Shown: positions 8,894 through 18,149 of the stretch, piece by piece
How the letters are laid out: the number at the start of each line of letters is the position of its first letter
Numbering within the stretch: position 1 is the first letter of the stretch
From: Escherichia coli phage vB_EcoM_Shy
Sequence record: MT833282.1
DNA: 64,000 nucleotides
Strand: one strand, 5' to 3'
Made by a program: the position numbers and the translations under genes
The notes under the pieces: model-generated
Database searches by the model: none
Seen by the model: only the letters and a program-made list of their open reading frames with translations
What the model was told of the DNA's origin: nothing

Positions 8894-9184
8894 ATGGCTA
8901 TTATTAAAAACGTTGTAATTCCTGCAAAAACTCGTGATGACGCTCGCATCATGGCGAAAAAGTTAGGCGGGAAAGTGGTTGACAACGGAAAACAAACTGC
9001 TGTAAGGTGGAACGTGAAGGCGGATAAACAAATGAATTTAAAAAATTCACCAATAAACCTTTTTACATGTGTAAACACTATCGGGAAAACGAATGTATAC
9101 ACTAAAAAGGCATATATCAGACGCATCGCCATGACGTCACCTATTCGCACAATGAGAAGTCATGCAAAGCTGAGAATTAAGTAA
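8894..9184 (+). CDS. hypothetical early protein
   Basis: 96-aa basic ORF with cassette SD. Confidence 0.5.
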   Translation: MAIIKNVVIPAKTRDDARIMAKKLGGKVVDNGKQTAVRWNVKADKQMNLKNSPINLFTCVNTIGKTNVYTKKAYIRRIAMTSPIRTMRSHAKLRIK

Positions 9185-9274
9185 TAGAGTACTTTACAGG
9201 GGGCTTAAAAGCTGATATCTTAAGCCCCAGATAAAGAGCTTTACCACTCAATCCTTAAACTAGGAGATTCAAAA
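9185..9274 (+). promoter_or_regulatory. type-A intergenic cassette (hairpin 9199-9228)
   Basis: same hairpin and leader as 8332-8421. Confidence 0.5.
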
Positions 9275-9787
9275 ATGAAAACTGTAGACGCTACCTTTGA
9301 AGTTGTAAAAGAAAAATTTTCCATCATTTACGAAGCTGTCAATTGCTACGAAGCAAGCCATAATCTTGATAATTGGAAGTTTACAGATGACCATCAAGGC
9401 GGTGTGACTATTAAAAACCCCAACTGTCAGCGTAATGGATTTAAATATGCAATTCCTTTACATTACAGCCTTAAACAGCTTTCAATTGACTATGCAAAAC
9501 AAGGCCGGGAAAATCCATCGAAAGAGGCTTACATCAGCTTACAGAAAGAACTAGAAAGAGATTTAGAGGCTTCAGAATATAACATCGCCGCGAAAGTTGT
9601 AGATGCAAACGGTAGCACGGTTTTAGAGAGTTTTTATATTGGTTATGCTTTCGATTGGTGCTACAGTGACGGCGATGATTTAGATGACAGACTAAAAGAG
9701 GAAGTGAACAACGCAGACGCAGAATCTGAAGTATTAGAACGCTTGGAAGCATTAAAAGATTCAGTGATGAATATCTTTAAGAACTAA
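9275..9787 (+). CDS. hypothetical early protein
   Basis: 170-aa acidic ORF with cassette SD. Confidence 0.5.
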   Translation: MKTVDATFEVVKEKFSIIYEAVNCYEASHNLDNWKFTDDHQGGVTIKNPNCQRNGFKYAIPLHYSLKQLSIDYAKQGRENPSKEAYISLQKELERDLEASEYNIAAKVVDANGSTVLESFYIGYAFDWCYSDGDDLDDRLKEEVNNADAESEVLERLEALKDSVMNIFKN

Positions 9788-9878
9788 ATAGACCTCTTTA
9801 CACGGGGCTAACAAGCGGATATGATAGCCCCAGATAAAGAGATTTATCAAATTAACCCTTAAACTAGGAGATTCAAAA
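9788..9878 (+). promoter_or_regulatory. type-A intergenic cassette (hairpin GGGGCTA/TAGCCCC 9804-9831)
   Basis: stem conserved while loop sequence differs from the other copies. Confidence 0.5.
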
Positions 9879-10175
9879 ATGAAATTATCAAATAAAGTTA
9901 GGGAAAACCTTAGCAAATTACTCAACAAAATTGATTTTATAGAGACATCAAGGAATAGTCATGATGTTATGGAATGGTTACACGGCAAAATAAAAGGCCG
10001 TCGTGTAGTGATTTGCTTATGGAATAGTTGCAGGGAGTATAAAAAGCCTGTATTGCAAATTAATGTTTATGATGATACTTTTAAAAGTCCTGTAAAGTCT
10101 AAAAGCGATTTATTAGAATCCTATGAGATAACTGTAAATGGCAAAGTATCACGTAAAGAGGAAACACCATGTTAA
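9879..10175 (+). CDS. hypothetical early protein
   Basis: 98-aa ORF with cassette SD. Confidence 0.5.
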   Translation: MKLSNKVRENLSKLLNKIDFIETSRNSHDVMEWLHGKIKGRRVVICLWNSCREYKKPVLQINVYDDTFKSPVKSKSDLLESYEITVNGKVSRKEETPC

Positions 10176-10501
10176 TGACTGGTATCACTGCAATCATTGC
10201 CATTTTCGCGCTATATAAGGCATATAAAGCCTATAATCTAGCAAATAAGGCAATCACACAGCAAGTTAGCAATAACCTTGTAGAGAGCTTTCTAGGGCGT
10301 TTAAGTGATGAGCAAATAAAGCGGCTAGAGATGAGCTTCAGATATAAAGCGAAAACCTATCAGATAAGTGACATCTTCAAAGATGATTTCCAGTTAGTTG
10401 ATGATTATAATTCTCTGATAAATGCTTTAAACATCAGTGACTTGAAAGACTATCACGCTGTAATTGTTCAAGAATTGAGCAAACGAAAACAAAGTGTTTG
10501 A
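10169..10501 (+). CDS. hypothetical protein with N-terminal hydrophobic segment
   Basis: 110-aa ORF overlapping the previous gene by 7 nt; N-terminus LMTGITAIIAIFALY looks membrane-associated. Confidence 0.45.
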   Translation: MLMTGITAIIAIFALYKAYKAYNLANKAITQQVSNNLVESFLGRLSDEQIKRLEMSFRYKAKTYQISDIFKDDFQLVDDYNSLINALNISDLKDYHAVIVQELSKRKQSV

Positions 10502-10592
10502 CACTGATTTTTAGATAGGTTAAATTACACATCAACGGGGAGGGGATGACCTTCCCCACTAAATAAAGTCCTTAAACTAGGAGATTCTAAAA
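10498..10592 (+). promoter_or_regulatory. type-B intergenic cassette: promoter TTGACA-17-TAAATT (10498-10526), 5'-UTR hairpin (10537-10557), conserved SD leader
   Basis: -35 overlaps the upstream stop codon; hairpin GGGGAGG/CTTCCCC; same architecture at 11551, 12799, 13362, 13960 and 14290. Confidence 0.6.
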
Positions 10593-10751
10593 ATGTTTTG
10601 TGCAGGTGATAAAGTTGTCTGGAATGATATAGATGACGGTTTATGTACGAAAGTTGTTGTTATCTTAGAAATTGATTATATCACTGGTGTTGCAACTGTA
10701 GCAGATAATGATATAATCTTTGATGTCTTAATTAGTGAACTGTCAAAATAA
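10593..10751 (+). CDS. small hypothetical protein (52 aa)
   Basis: ATG 9 nt after AGGAG of the conserved leader; below the ORF-track size cut-off; translated by eye. Confidence 0.4.
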   Translation: MFCAGDKVVWNDIDDGLCTKVVVILEIDYITGVATVADNDIIFDVLISELSK

Positions 10752-10777
10752 AGTCCTTAAACTAGGAGATTCAAAAA

Positions 10778-11049
10778 TGTACACTACTAACAACGGTCGC
10801 ACCTTAAACGTAACCCTACGCCACTATGTGAACGGTGTAATGCACTTCGAGGATTTACAAGCTGAACAGCACATTTTGGATTGGCAACTTGCAGGATTCC
10901 AAAAAACTGCTACCGGATACGGGAAAAAGATTCCAACTAGCTGGAAAGTATACTACGAAGGCCGTTTGCGTAGAATTTATCAAGATGTATGCGGCAATAG
11001 TGCATCAAGTTACATCATAGTAAAAGGCAAAAAGCTGCATTTAGCATAA
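10778..11049 (+). CDS. hypothetical early protein
   Basis: start re-assigned to the ATG after the conserved leader (AGGAGATTCAAAA-ATG); the track ORF 10735-11049 begins upstream inside the leader. Confidence 0.5.
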
Positions 11050-11134
11050 AGTACTTTACAAGGGGCTTATAGTTCGATAAAGTAAGCCCCAGATAAAGAG
11101 CTTTATCACTCAATCCTAAATTGGAGATTCTAAA
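11050..11134 (+). promoter_or_regulatory. type-A intergenic cassette (hairpin 11062-11090)
   Basis: GGGGCTTA-TAGTTCGATAAAG-TAAGCCCC plus leader variant AATTGGAGATTCTAAA-ATG. Confidence 0.5.
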
Positions 11135-11539
11135 ATGGCTATTAATAACCGTGAGTTATCAATCTTAAAAGCACGTTTGACCGTTAATCGGATTAATGTT
11201 ATTACATCATCAGCACCGGATGAGACATTGCACAACATTATCGGGAAGATTCAAAGTGTTATCTTAGACGTTGAAAACGTAAAAAACTCACTGGCTGACG
11301 TTGCAGCAGGTATCACGCTAGACGGTGCACAATATGAAATGGCTGACATGTTAGGCAAATCTAAGGTAATGAATAAAGAGTTAGACTTGAAAATGTTTAG
11401 ATTTGCTGTTAAAGTGTGGCTATCTGTCGAGTATGACGCAAATTTTGCAATCGCTGACTTTTTCGCAACATGGTTGCAACGTAATTTAACAAATCATGAT
11501 TTCCGTGATGTCTGTGATGCAATTTATGCGGAACTCTAA
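11135..11539 (+). CDS. hypothetical early protein
   Basis: 134-aa ORF with cassette leader. Confidence 0.5.
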   Translation: MAINNRELSILKARLTVNRINVITSSAPDETLHNIIGKIQSVILDVENVKNSLADVAAGITLDGAQYEMADMLGKSKVMNKELDLKMFRFAVKVWLSVEYDANFAIADFFATWLQRNLTNHDFRDVCDAIYAEL

Positions 11540-11550
11540 AAAAAAAACTG

Positions 11551-11644
11551 TTGACACTGATTTTTAGATATATTAAATTACGCATTAACGGGGAGGGAAT
11601 GAACTTCCCCACTAAGTAAAGTCCTTAAACTAGGAGATTCTAAA
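11551..11644 (+). promoter_or_regulatory. type-B intergenic cassette: promoter TTGACA-17-TAAATT (11551-11579), hairpin 11590-11610
   Basis: near-identical to the 10498 copy. Confidence 0.6.
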
Positions 11645-11848
11645 ATGGCTATTATTAACGGCTTAACCATTGAAACAACACACATCAAAGACATTAAAGT
11701 TGGTGATGTAGTCCTTTCCCACGGCGTAGAGAAAACTGTTACTGCAAAGGATATTAAAGAGGATTCTTTCATGGGTAGGACTCTCTTCGGTGATTCTTAT
11801 TGCTTGGGTTATCTTGCAGTTTTAAAAGTTGTCAAAAATAACCGTTAA
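11645..11848 (+). CDS. hypothetical early protein
   Basis: 67-aa ORF with cassette leader. Confidence 0.45.
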   Translation: MAIINGLTIETTHIKDIKVGDVVLSHGVEKTVTAKDIKEDSFMGRTLFGDSYCLGYLAVLKVVKNNR

Positions 11849-11940
11849 AGTACTTTACAAGGGGCTTATAGTTCGATAAAGTAAGCCCCAGATAAAGAGC
11901 TTTACCACTCAATCAAGTCCTTAAACTAGGAGATTCAAAA
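11849..11940 (+). promoter_or_regulatory. type-A intergenic cassette (hairpin 11861-11889)
   Basis: same hairpin and leader as the 11050 copy. Confidence 0.5.
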
Positions 11941-12504
11941 ATGAAATGCTATCACGGCACTACTCTGAAAAACTTTGTAAACCTGCTGAATGGTGGCGAC
12001 AAGCCTGAAGGAATCTGGAACTGCTCCTACATGGATGATTGTTTCTACGTTTACCCAATGAACAAGGTTATCAAAACGGAATGTCTGGAAGATGAGGAAG
12101 ATTCTTATATCCGTGAACGCTGCATTCAAAGCGCCTTAGAGTCTGGACTTATTACGGCAGCTTTCCAAATGGAAACGCAGGAAGTGATTGTTATCGAAAT
12201 GGATATCCCAGAGGAAGAACTTGAGGACGATTATTCTTGTGACAACATGAGCGAAATTGCCAGCTTTACCGGATACTTTGATAAGAATTGGATTATCGGT
12301 ATACACTCGACGAAATTTAGTGCGATGTATGCGCCTTTCTTTGTACCGGATACAACTAACCGTAATTTAGGATATATTGACGATGATTTGTTAAGTATGG
12401 CGAAAATTGTACAGAATAACGGTGATAGTTCCGTGTTTTGTGACCTACTTGATAAAATCACGGCAAACATCACAGAACGCAATTTAAAAGACTTTTTAGG
12501 TTAA
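11941..12504 (+). CDS. hypothetical early protein
   Basis: 187-aa acidic ORF with cassette leader. Confidence 0.5.
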   Translation: MKCYHGTTLKNFVNLLNGGDKPEGIWNCSYMDDCFYVYPMNKVIKTECLEDEEDSYIRERCIQSALESGLITAAFQMETQEVIVIEMDIPEEELEDDYSCDNMSEIASFTGYFDKNWIIGIHSTKFSAMYAPFFVPDTTNRNLGYIDDDLLSMAKIVQNNGDSSVFCDLLDKITANITERNLKDFLG

Positions 12505-12567
12505 TCAGTACAAAGACACCAACTTCCAACTTAAGGCCCGTACAGGGCCATTTAGAGGGCTTCAATC

Positions 12568-12801
12568 ATGCTTACAACCATTTACCTCATCCTTTCCATT
12601 TGTAATGGTCATTCATGCGATTTTAAAGGGCTTGAGGAGTTTACAGGGAGTAAAGAAAATGTTATTCATGCCTGTCAGATAGCAAGGCAAGACTATCCCG
12701 CCAGTGATGATATACAATGTTACTTTAAGACAGAAGATAATGACGGCGTTTATTTTGATAGCGTAGACGGTCAATATGAAATTATCATTGAAAAAGACTA
12801 G
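12568..12801 (+). CDS. hypothetical small protein with hydrophobic N-terminus
   Basis: 77-aa ORF; N-terminus MLTTIYLILSICNG resembles a signal or anchor. Confidence 0.4.
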   Translation: MLTTIYLILSICNGHSCDFKGLEEFTGSKENVIHACQIARQDYPASDDIQCYFKTEDNDGVYFDSVDGQYEIIIEKD

Positions 12802-12890
12802 ACAAGCCTGATAAAAGTCTGTAAATTGTCAATCAACGGGAGGTAATAACCCCCCCACTAAGTAAAGTCCTTAAACTAGGAGATTCAAAA
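12799..12890 (+). promoter_or_regulatory. type-B intergenic cassette: promoter TAGACA-17-TAAATT (12799-12827) plus leader
   Basis: -10 TAAATT overlaps the upstream stop codon; weaker GGGAGG/CCCCC hairpin. Confidence 0.5.
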
Positions 12891-13232
12891 ATGGCTTATG
12901 TAACCGTAATTACCGATAAAGCTGGCTCATCTTGGTCAACTCAAGTCAGTGATAAGATGTCACCTATGCAGTGCCTAAAATACTTTGAGCAATGGAACAA
13001 AGGCGAGGATGTCAGCCCCTTTCAAGTAATGCAGATTATCCATACAGATAACGAAGGGAATAAAACTGTTTTGAATAGTGAGTACTACGCAACCCGATTT
13101 GAAACGAGATGTAAAGCAATGAAGCTTTTGCGTGAGTCTGGTTATTCTCATATTGCCTCACTAATCTGGAATGACCTGCTAAAAAATCAGCGTATCAGCT
13201 ATGTAAAACCTGAAAAAATATTCATCAGTTAA
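12891..13232 (+). CDS. hypothetical early protein
   Basis: 113-aa ORF with cassette leader. Confidence 0.5.
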   Translation: MAYVTVITDKAGSSWSTQVSDKMSPMQCLKYFEQWNKGEDVSPFQVMQIIHTDNEGNKTVLNSEYYATRFETRCKAMKLLRESGYSHIASLIWNDLLKNQRISYVKPEKIFIS

Positions 13233-13264
13233 TCAATAACTTACAAAAAACTTTTTAAAAAGCA

Positions 13265-13293
13265 TTGACAATACCCCTTGACATTGGTAAATT
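13265..13293 (+). promoter_or_regulatory. orphan promoter TTGACA-17-TAAATT with no ORF immediately downstream
   Basis: consensus -35 twice (13265, 13278) and TAAATT at 13288; next start codon is 160 nt away behind a second promoter. Confidence 0.45.
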
Positions 13294-13361
13294 TGTTCGA
13301 GGGGGTTTATCTAAAAGGGATTAACTTAAAAGATTCTTTATAGATAAGCTTAAAAAATTGC

Positions 13362-13454
13362 TTGCAATCAGATATCAAAACAAGTAAATTACTAATCAAC
13401 GGGAGGTAATAACCTCCCCACTAAGTAAAGTCCTTAAACTAGGAGATTCAAAAA
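13362..13454 (+). promoter_or_regulatory. type-B intergenic cassette: promoter TTGCAA-17-TAAATT (13362-13390), hairpin GGGAGG-TAATAA-CCTCCC (13401-13418)
   Basis: hairpin stem differs from other copies by compensatory changes. Confidence 0.55.
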
Positions 13455-13985
13455 ATGAACAAGTTCAAAGCTATAAACTTCATTCGTTCAAATAGTGTTA
13501 TGTCAAAGCCTGTTAAAGACACCTATGAATTTCGTTGCAATGGGGTGCATTTTGCAACCATCACCAAATCAGAAAACGGAGCTTATTACATCCATCGCCG
13601 TAATGTTGCAACCGTTGTTGTCTCTCATTTTATGCAAGCTGTCGCGGAACTTCTCCCGATGTTTTTAGGGCTTTACTTGGATGAGTGTAAAAACGTTCAC
13701 AATCACGTTAAAAACCTTTTAAACAGCTATAAAATGGCTTATGAACGTTCTATCAAGTCATTGAACAAGTTTTACAACGCACCTGAAAACACTGTGTCAA
13801 TAGCCTATGGTGTAAGCGGTGAAATGGTAAACTTATCCAATGTGGAAGAAATCAAGCTGCATGATTTACGCCCTAACGGTTACGCTAAAACCATCGGTGA
13901 AGGTTTAACTTTCAATATCAAGAACTTAGAAAAAACTTTAAAAGATATTGAAAAAGATATTGACGAGACAATCAAAAGTCTGTAA
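13455..13985 (+). CDS. hypothetical early protein
   Basis: 176-aa ORF with cassette leader. Confidence 0.5.
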   Translation: MNKFKAINFIRSNSVMSKPVKDTYEFRCNGVHFATITKSENGAYYIHRRNVATVVVSHFMQAVAELLPMFLGLYLDECKNVHNHVKNLLNSYKMAYERSIKSLNKFYNAPENTVSIAYGVSGEMVNLSNVEEIKLHDLRPNGYAKTIGEGLTFNIKNLEKTLKDIEKDIDETIKSL

Positions 13986-14051
13986 ATTGTCAATCAACGG
14001 GGAGGGAATGACCTTCCCCACTAAGTAAAGTCCTAAACTGGAGTTATCAAG
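13960..14051 (+). promoter_or_regulatory. type-B intergenic cassette: promoter TTGACG-17-TAAATT (13960-13988), hairpin 13999-14019
   Basis: -10 overlaps the stop codon of the upstream gene. Confidence 0.55.
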
Positions 14052-14315
14052 ATGGAAAACGTCGAACTGACCACACTTTTACAAATTGCAACCGACAAAG
14101 AGGATGTAGCATTATTCCACCGTATCGAAAGTGATTTGTTCAATGGTGAAATCATTAAAGAATCTTACGAAGTGGTCGGATTCAAAGATGGTAAATCATT
14201 TGGATTCTTTGACCTCGACAAAGGCAACGCTATTACAAAGTATGATGTTTTATCTTGTGAGATTCTGACAAAATACAACGAAAAAAGACTTGCAACATAC
14301 GCCAACATGCAGTAA
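14052..14315 (+). CDS. hypothetical early protein
   Basis: 87-aa ORF with SD GGAG. Confidence 0.45.
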   Translation: MENVELTTLLQIATDKEDVALFHRIESDLFNGEIIKESYEVVGFKDGKSFGFFDLDKGNAITKYDVLSCEILTKYNEKRLATYANMQ

Positions 14316-14380
14316 ATTACTAATCAACGGGAGGGATGACCTCCCTACTAAATAAAGTCCTTAAACTAGGAGATTCTAAA
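14290..14380 (+). promoter_or_regulatory. type-B intergenic cassette: promoter TTGCAA-17-TAAATT (14290-14318), hairpin GGGAGG/CCTCCC (14329-14346)
   Basis: same architecture as the other type-B copies. Confidence 0.55.
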
Positions 14381-14629
14381 ATGGCAACTATCCGCGCAAT
14401 TGTAAATTCTTATGGCTGCTACACTCTGGACGTTAAATTTGATATAGGTGGGACCGATGAGTGTTTCGAACTGGTGAAAACAGTCATTAAACAAGTTATC
14501 CCAGACTATAACCCTACTGATGACTTCTGGAAAGATGCAGTAAAAGAGGCGTTGAACGATGAATATCATTACCATTATTGGGGTGATTTGATTGTCTCCC
14601 TGTACTACAATAAACAAGGTTGCAACTAA
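14381..14629 (+). CDS. hypothetical early protein
   Basis: start re-assigned to the ATG after the conserved leader; the track ORF 14336-14629 starts inside the leader. Confidence 0.5.
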   Translation: MATIRAIVNSYGCYTLDVKFDIGGTDECFELVKTVIKQVIPDYNPTDDFWKDAVKEALNDEYHYHYWGDLIVSLYYNKQGCN

Positions 14630-14667
14630 TCGGCGCAACGGGGCTAAATAGCCCCAGATACCTTTAC

Positions 14668-14715
14668 AGCCCCTTTATATTGATTCGATAGAATCTATCT
14701 CATAGGGGCTTTTTT
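14668..14715 (+). terminator. rho-independent terminator closing the rightward early block
   Basis: long hairpin AGCCCCT...AGGGGCT enclosing palindrome GATAGAATCTATC, followed by TTTTTT. Confidence 0.6.
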
Positions 14716-16304
14716 ACGTCTTATCGAATACCTGTACAACCCTTTCCCTTTCCTTTCCAGAATCTATCCCACTGATTCGATAGTGATTCAGGTAATGAAT
14801 TACCTTCATAGAATCTATCTCATACCTTAAAAGCAATAACTCTATAGCTTACTCTATAGCCCCTTATCAAATCAACTTAAATATAAGCCCATAACCCGAA
14901 AGGGAAGGGCAACCATTTAAACGCTCTATAAAGCCCTATAACAGCCTTATCAACCTAACTTAAGGGATTGCATTACCTCACCCTTAAAATCCCTTTATAA
15001 AGCTTCCCAGAGCCTTAAAAGAATCTTATAAGGGTGTAAGCTTTATTATCTCGTTAGCTATCTTGTGAATGGTTAAACAACCCCTTGATAGTAACTGAAA
15101 AGTATGTTATAGGGGCTATAAAGTTACTTTGAAGTAGTTTAAAAGTTACTTAAAAGTTACGTAAATGCTAGCCCCCTTAACATTTTCTTAACAATTTCTT
15201 AACAAACCCTACATAGTTATGCTCTTAAGGCACTTGTTAGCAACTTGTTAGCCCCTTGTTAAATCTCTGTTAAAACCACGTAAAAGCCTTGTAAGAGTCT
15301 TTGGCATAGCCTTGAAAGCTTCTGTAAAGCCCTATAAATAGCTTTCTGTATAGTTGGGGTGTAATTACTAGAAAGAGACTAAAAAGAGCTTATAAGGAGC
15401 TATAAAGGGCTTTTAAGAGGGCTATTTAAAGAGTCACTAAGAGGGAAAGGGAACGATAAGAAAAGAGATAGTGACCATGTTAATAGCTTGTTAAAAAGAT
15501 TAAACACTTGTTAGGAACTTGTTAATTATCTTAACAAAATAACTCTTTAAAATTAACTTGTTAGCTCTTGTTAGTCATCTGTTAAGACTCTGTAAAGACT
15601 ATGCAGCAACTGTTAAGAAACTGTTAAGTTCTTGTTAGTTCTGTTAAGAATCTGTTAAGACCTCTGAAGAGATGTTAAGAAGATGTAGTAACTGTTAAGA
15701 GATTGTTAAGGATATTTTAAAATTCTGCAAAGGGGATGTTACAGGGATGTTAAGGGCTACCAAGCAGATATACATCTTCTACAGATATTTTTGAGTTCCT
15801 TCAAAGACCCTAAAAAATGACTTGATAGTCCTATTTTATAAAAATTTTAAAATTCTGAATAATTACCTATACAGTCTTTTAAAAATACAGGCATAAACAG
15901 GCTTATAAGATACCTTGTTAGTACCGTGTTAGACCTTGTGAGATAAGGTCTGTAAAGATATTCCTGTTAAGTTTGTTAAAACAGTCTATATAGAGGCTTA
16001 GTAATACCTAGTGAACACCTATAGAGGGTAACATAGCTGACATAGAGATTAAGGGGTGTATAGGAGCTTCTAAGAGGCTATAGAGAGATGGTTAAGGTGA
16101 TTGTATAGGTTGTTAAGAATGCTTGTTAGAAGAGTGTTTAGAAGGGCTATACAGAGGGGCTATTAAGACCACTAGATAGATACTAAGATACTATATAGTA
16201 CTATATAACTATATAGAGAGTAAGCTTAAGAAGGTTGTTAAGAAGGTTAGATATTTTATTCACATATGATGGTGACCCAGAGGTTGGGACAACCGATAAA
16301 ATTT
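14716..16304. repeat. 1.6-kb ORF-free repeat-dense region between convergent transcription units
   Basis: no ORF of 60 aa or more in any frame per the supplied track; several families of short repeats (CTATAAAG, AAAGTTAC, CTATATA, TTAAGAGGG, GGGCTA..TAGCCC palindromes). Confidence 0.7.
15186..15755. repeat. dense array of more than 20 short direct repeats with core TGTTA(A/G) (CTTGTTAG / CTGTTAAGA)
   Basis: e.g. ACTTGTTAGCAACTTGTTAGCCCCTTGTTAAATCTCTGTTAAAA and AACTGTTAAGAAACTGTTAAGTTCTTGTTAGTTCTGTTAAGAATCTGTTAAGA; spacing about 8-12 bp. Confidence 0.7.
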
Positions 16305-16335
16305 TATAAAAATTAAAAAGCCCCCAATTAAGGAG
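16305..16335 (-). terminator. putative terminator for the leftward block
   Basis: minus-strand hairpin CCTCC-TTAATT-GGGGG followed by CTTTTT, just downstream of the minus-strand gene ending at 16350. Confidence 0.4.
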
Positions 16336-16349
16336 GCTCTTAAGATATT

Positions 16350-16943
16350 TTAAATCAGTGTTTCCAGAACTGTCTTCAGTGATGACTTGGTTGTCTGATA
16401 AAAATGAGTGAATCCATTGTTGTTATCGAATACCTGCATCATGATATCATCTCCCTTGATTGGGTACACTCGGATATCATAGTGAAAACCATTAAAGACA
16501 CAAGAACCATTACAGAATGCACTAAAGTCATTCACTGAGATGTACTCTTCATGCCCTGTGATTTTTATACAGACACCTTTACTCGGTCTCTTAGGGTTGA
16601 TATCTTCCATCACAGACATATTCTGTCCACCAAGAGACACCATAGTGACCACTTTACGGTTCTTCTGTCTGAAGTACATCTTAACTTTCTGCAAAGTGTC
16701 TTCATAGAACGGATAAGACTTCTCTACAAAGATTCCTTCAAGTGGCTCTTTACCATTTTCAACTTCTCTGTTATGCCGTACTGCAAAGATAATTTGTTCA
16801 AACCAGTCAAGATTTTCTTCGGATAGTGCTTCTCGAATATCATTCCAGTCAAGGACTAGGTAGTTGCCTTCAACTTCTTTTAAGTTATCTTTTTCCATAT
16901 CTATCACACCATTATCGTAAAACTTGGTAATCTGGTACTGCAA
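16350..16943 (-). CDS. hypothetical protein
   Basis: 197-aa ORF; no confident motif. Confidence 0.5.
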   Translation of the reverse strand: MQYQITKFYDNGVIDMEKDNLKEVEGNYLVLDWNDIREALSEENLDWFEQIIFAVRHNREVENGKEPLEGIFVEKSYPFYEDTLQKVKMYFRQKNRKVVTMVSLGGQNMSVMEDINPKRPSKGVCIKITGHEEYISVNDFSAFCNGSCVFNGFHYDIRVYPIKGDDIMMQVFDNNNGFTHFYQTTKSSLKTVLETLI

Positions 16944-17376
16944 ACTTGTTGTTGTTGTTCTTAATGAGGTCTTCTTCTGTTACTAAAAATGTAAGACCAC
17001 ACAAGTGTGTATATCTGCTATCATACTCAAATATTTTAAGTAAGTATTTACCATCGTGATAAACAGATTCTACTACACCTTTTGCAACAATCTTTCCAGT
17101 CTTGAAATCTTTAAGAGGGTATACATTACCAACTTTAGGAACTGTTTTCATCTCAGGTTCTTTTAGCTTCTCACCAGCTTCTACATCACCTAGTAAGTGA
17201 GAACTATCAAAAGCTACATGTTGCATATAAGCTTCTGAGCATTCCCAGATAAAGCAACTTACAAGAACCTTAGCAGCATGTCTTGAACAATTCAGCTTAT
17301 CACAAATCTCTTTGTACATTTCATCTTTAGTTGAGTTGTCAAGCATTGCTTTTTGGACTACTTCTTTAATTTTCAT
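16912..17376 (-). CDS. hypothetical protein
   Basis: 154-aa ORF in the leftward gene string. Confidence 0.5.
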   Translation of the reverse strand: MKIKEVVQKAMLDNSTKDEMYKEICDKLNCSRHAAKVLVSCFIWECSEAYMQHVAFDSSHLLGDVEAGEKLKEPEMKTVPKVGNVYPLKDFKTGKIVAKGVVESVYHDGKYLLKIFEYDSRYTHLCGLTFLVTEEDLIKNNNNKFAVPDYQVLR

Positions 17377-17794
17377 AAGCTCTCCGAATAACCATATTAA
17401 GCATCTCTAAAGTCAGCTTTCCAGATTCTAAATGTGGCACAATAAGTTTTAAAGCTTTTTCAACATCATGCACAACATCTATTATACCTTCTGCATAGGC
17501 TTCTACAAGGATATCTTTTACATTTTGTGATTTACCTTTTTGTGGTATCACTAGACGCATATCAAACTCATTTGCTTGGGGATGGTTCTTACCTTGCCAA
17601 TAACCATCTTTGTTAAAGCTGATGTAGTCACCGTGGTAAAAGTGTACACCATTAGCTTTAAACTTCTCCAGCACAAGGCATTGAATTGGGTATTCAGTAT
17701 TCCACTCCCTGACTCCTATAACCTTCACTGTTGCGATGTACTCCTGTGTTTTTGCATCTATGATGTCAAGTTCTTGACCAACTATGATTTGCAT
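17366..17794 (-). CDS. hypothetical protein
   Basis: 142-aa ORF. Confidence 0.5.
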   Translation of the reverse strand: MQIIVGQELDIIDAKTQEYIATVKVIGVREWNTEYPIQCLVLEKFKANGVHFYHGDYISFNKDGYWQGKNHPQANEFDMRLVIPQKGKSQNVKDILVEAYAEGIIDVVHDVEKALKLIVPHLESGKLTLEMLNMVIRRAYEN

Positions 17795-17848
17795 ATTCGC
17801 TACCTTCTAAGTTTCTACAAAGGGGCTATCAAGTAACCCCTCAAGTTA

Positions 17849-18073
17849 CTACTCAGGCTTTTCAGTCTTCTTATCGGATTTCTTACTAGTCTTCTTCTCA
17901 GCTTTCTGCTCAGGTTCCTTCTCAGAAGTTGCCTTGATAACCATGTCAAGAAGCTCTGATAGGTCACTCTTCAGCAGAGTAACAGGCTGCTCATTGTAGA
18001 AGTTTTTGTCAAGATAAACTTTGAACTCTTCTATAGATGGAAATCCAAAAATTGGTACAGGTGTCTTAATCAT
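17849..18073 (-). CDS. hypothetical small protein with Lys/Glu-rich C-terminal tail
   Basis: 74-aa ORF. Confidence 0.4.
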   Translation of the reverse strand: MIKTPVPIFGFPSIEEFKVYLDKNFYNEQPVTLLKSDLSELLDMVIKATSEKEPEQKAEKKTSKKSDKKTEKPE

Positions 18074-18149
18074 TACTTAGTTTCTCCATAGGCATCTTTT
18101 AAGATTGCCTTGTTAATCATTTCAGCGATTGCAAAACGAACACATACAG

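Noticed and set aside
14716-16304. CRISPR array as an explanation for the short repeats
   Set aside because: The repeats are 7-9 bp and irregularly spaced, not 25-40 bp repeats separated by unique spacers of constant length, and no cas genes are present.
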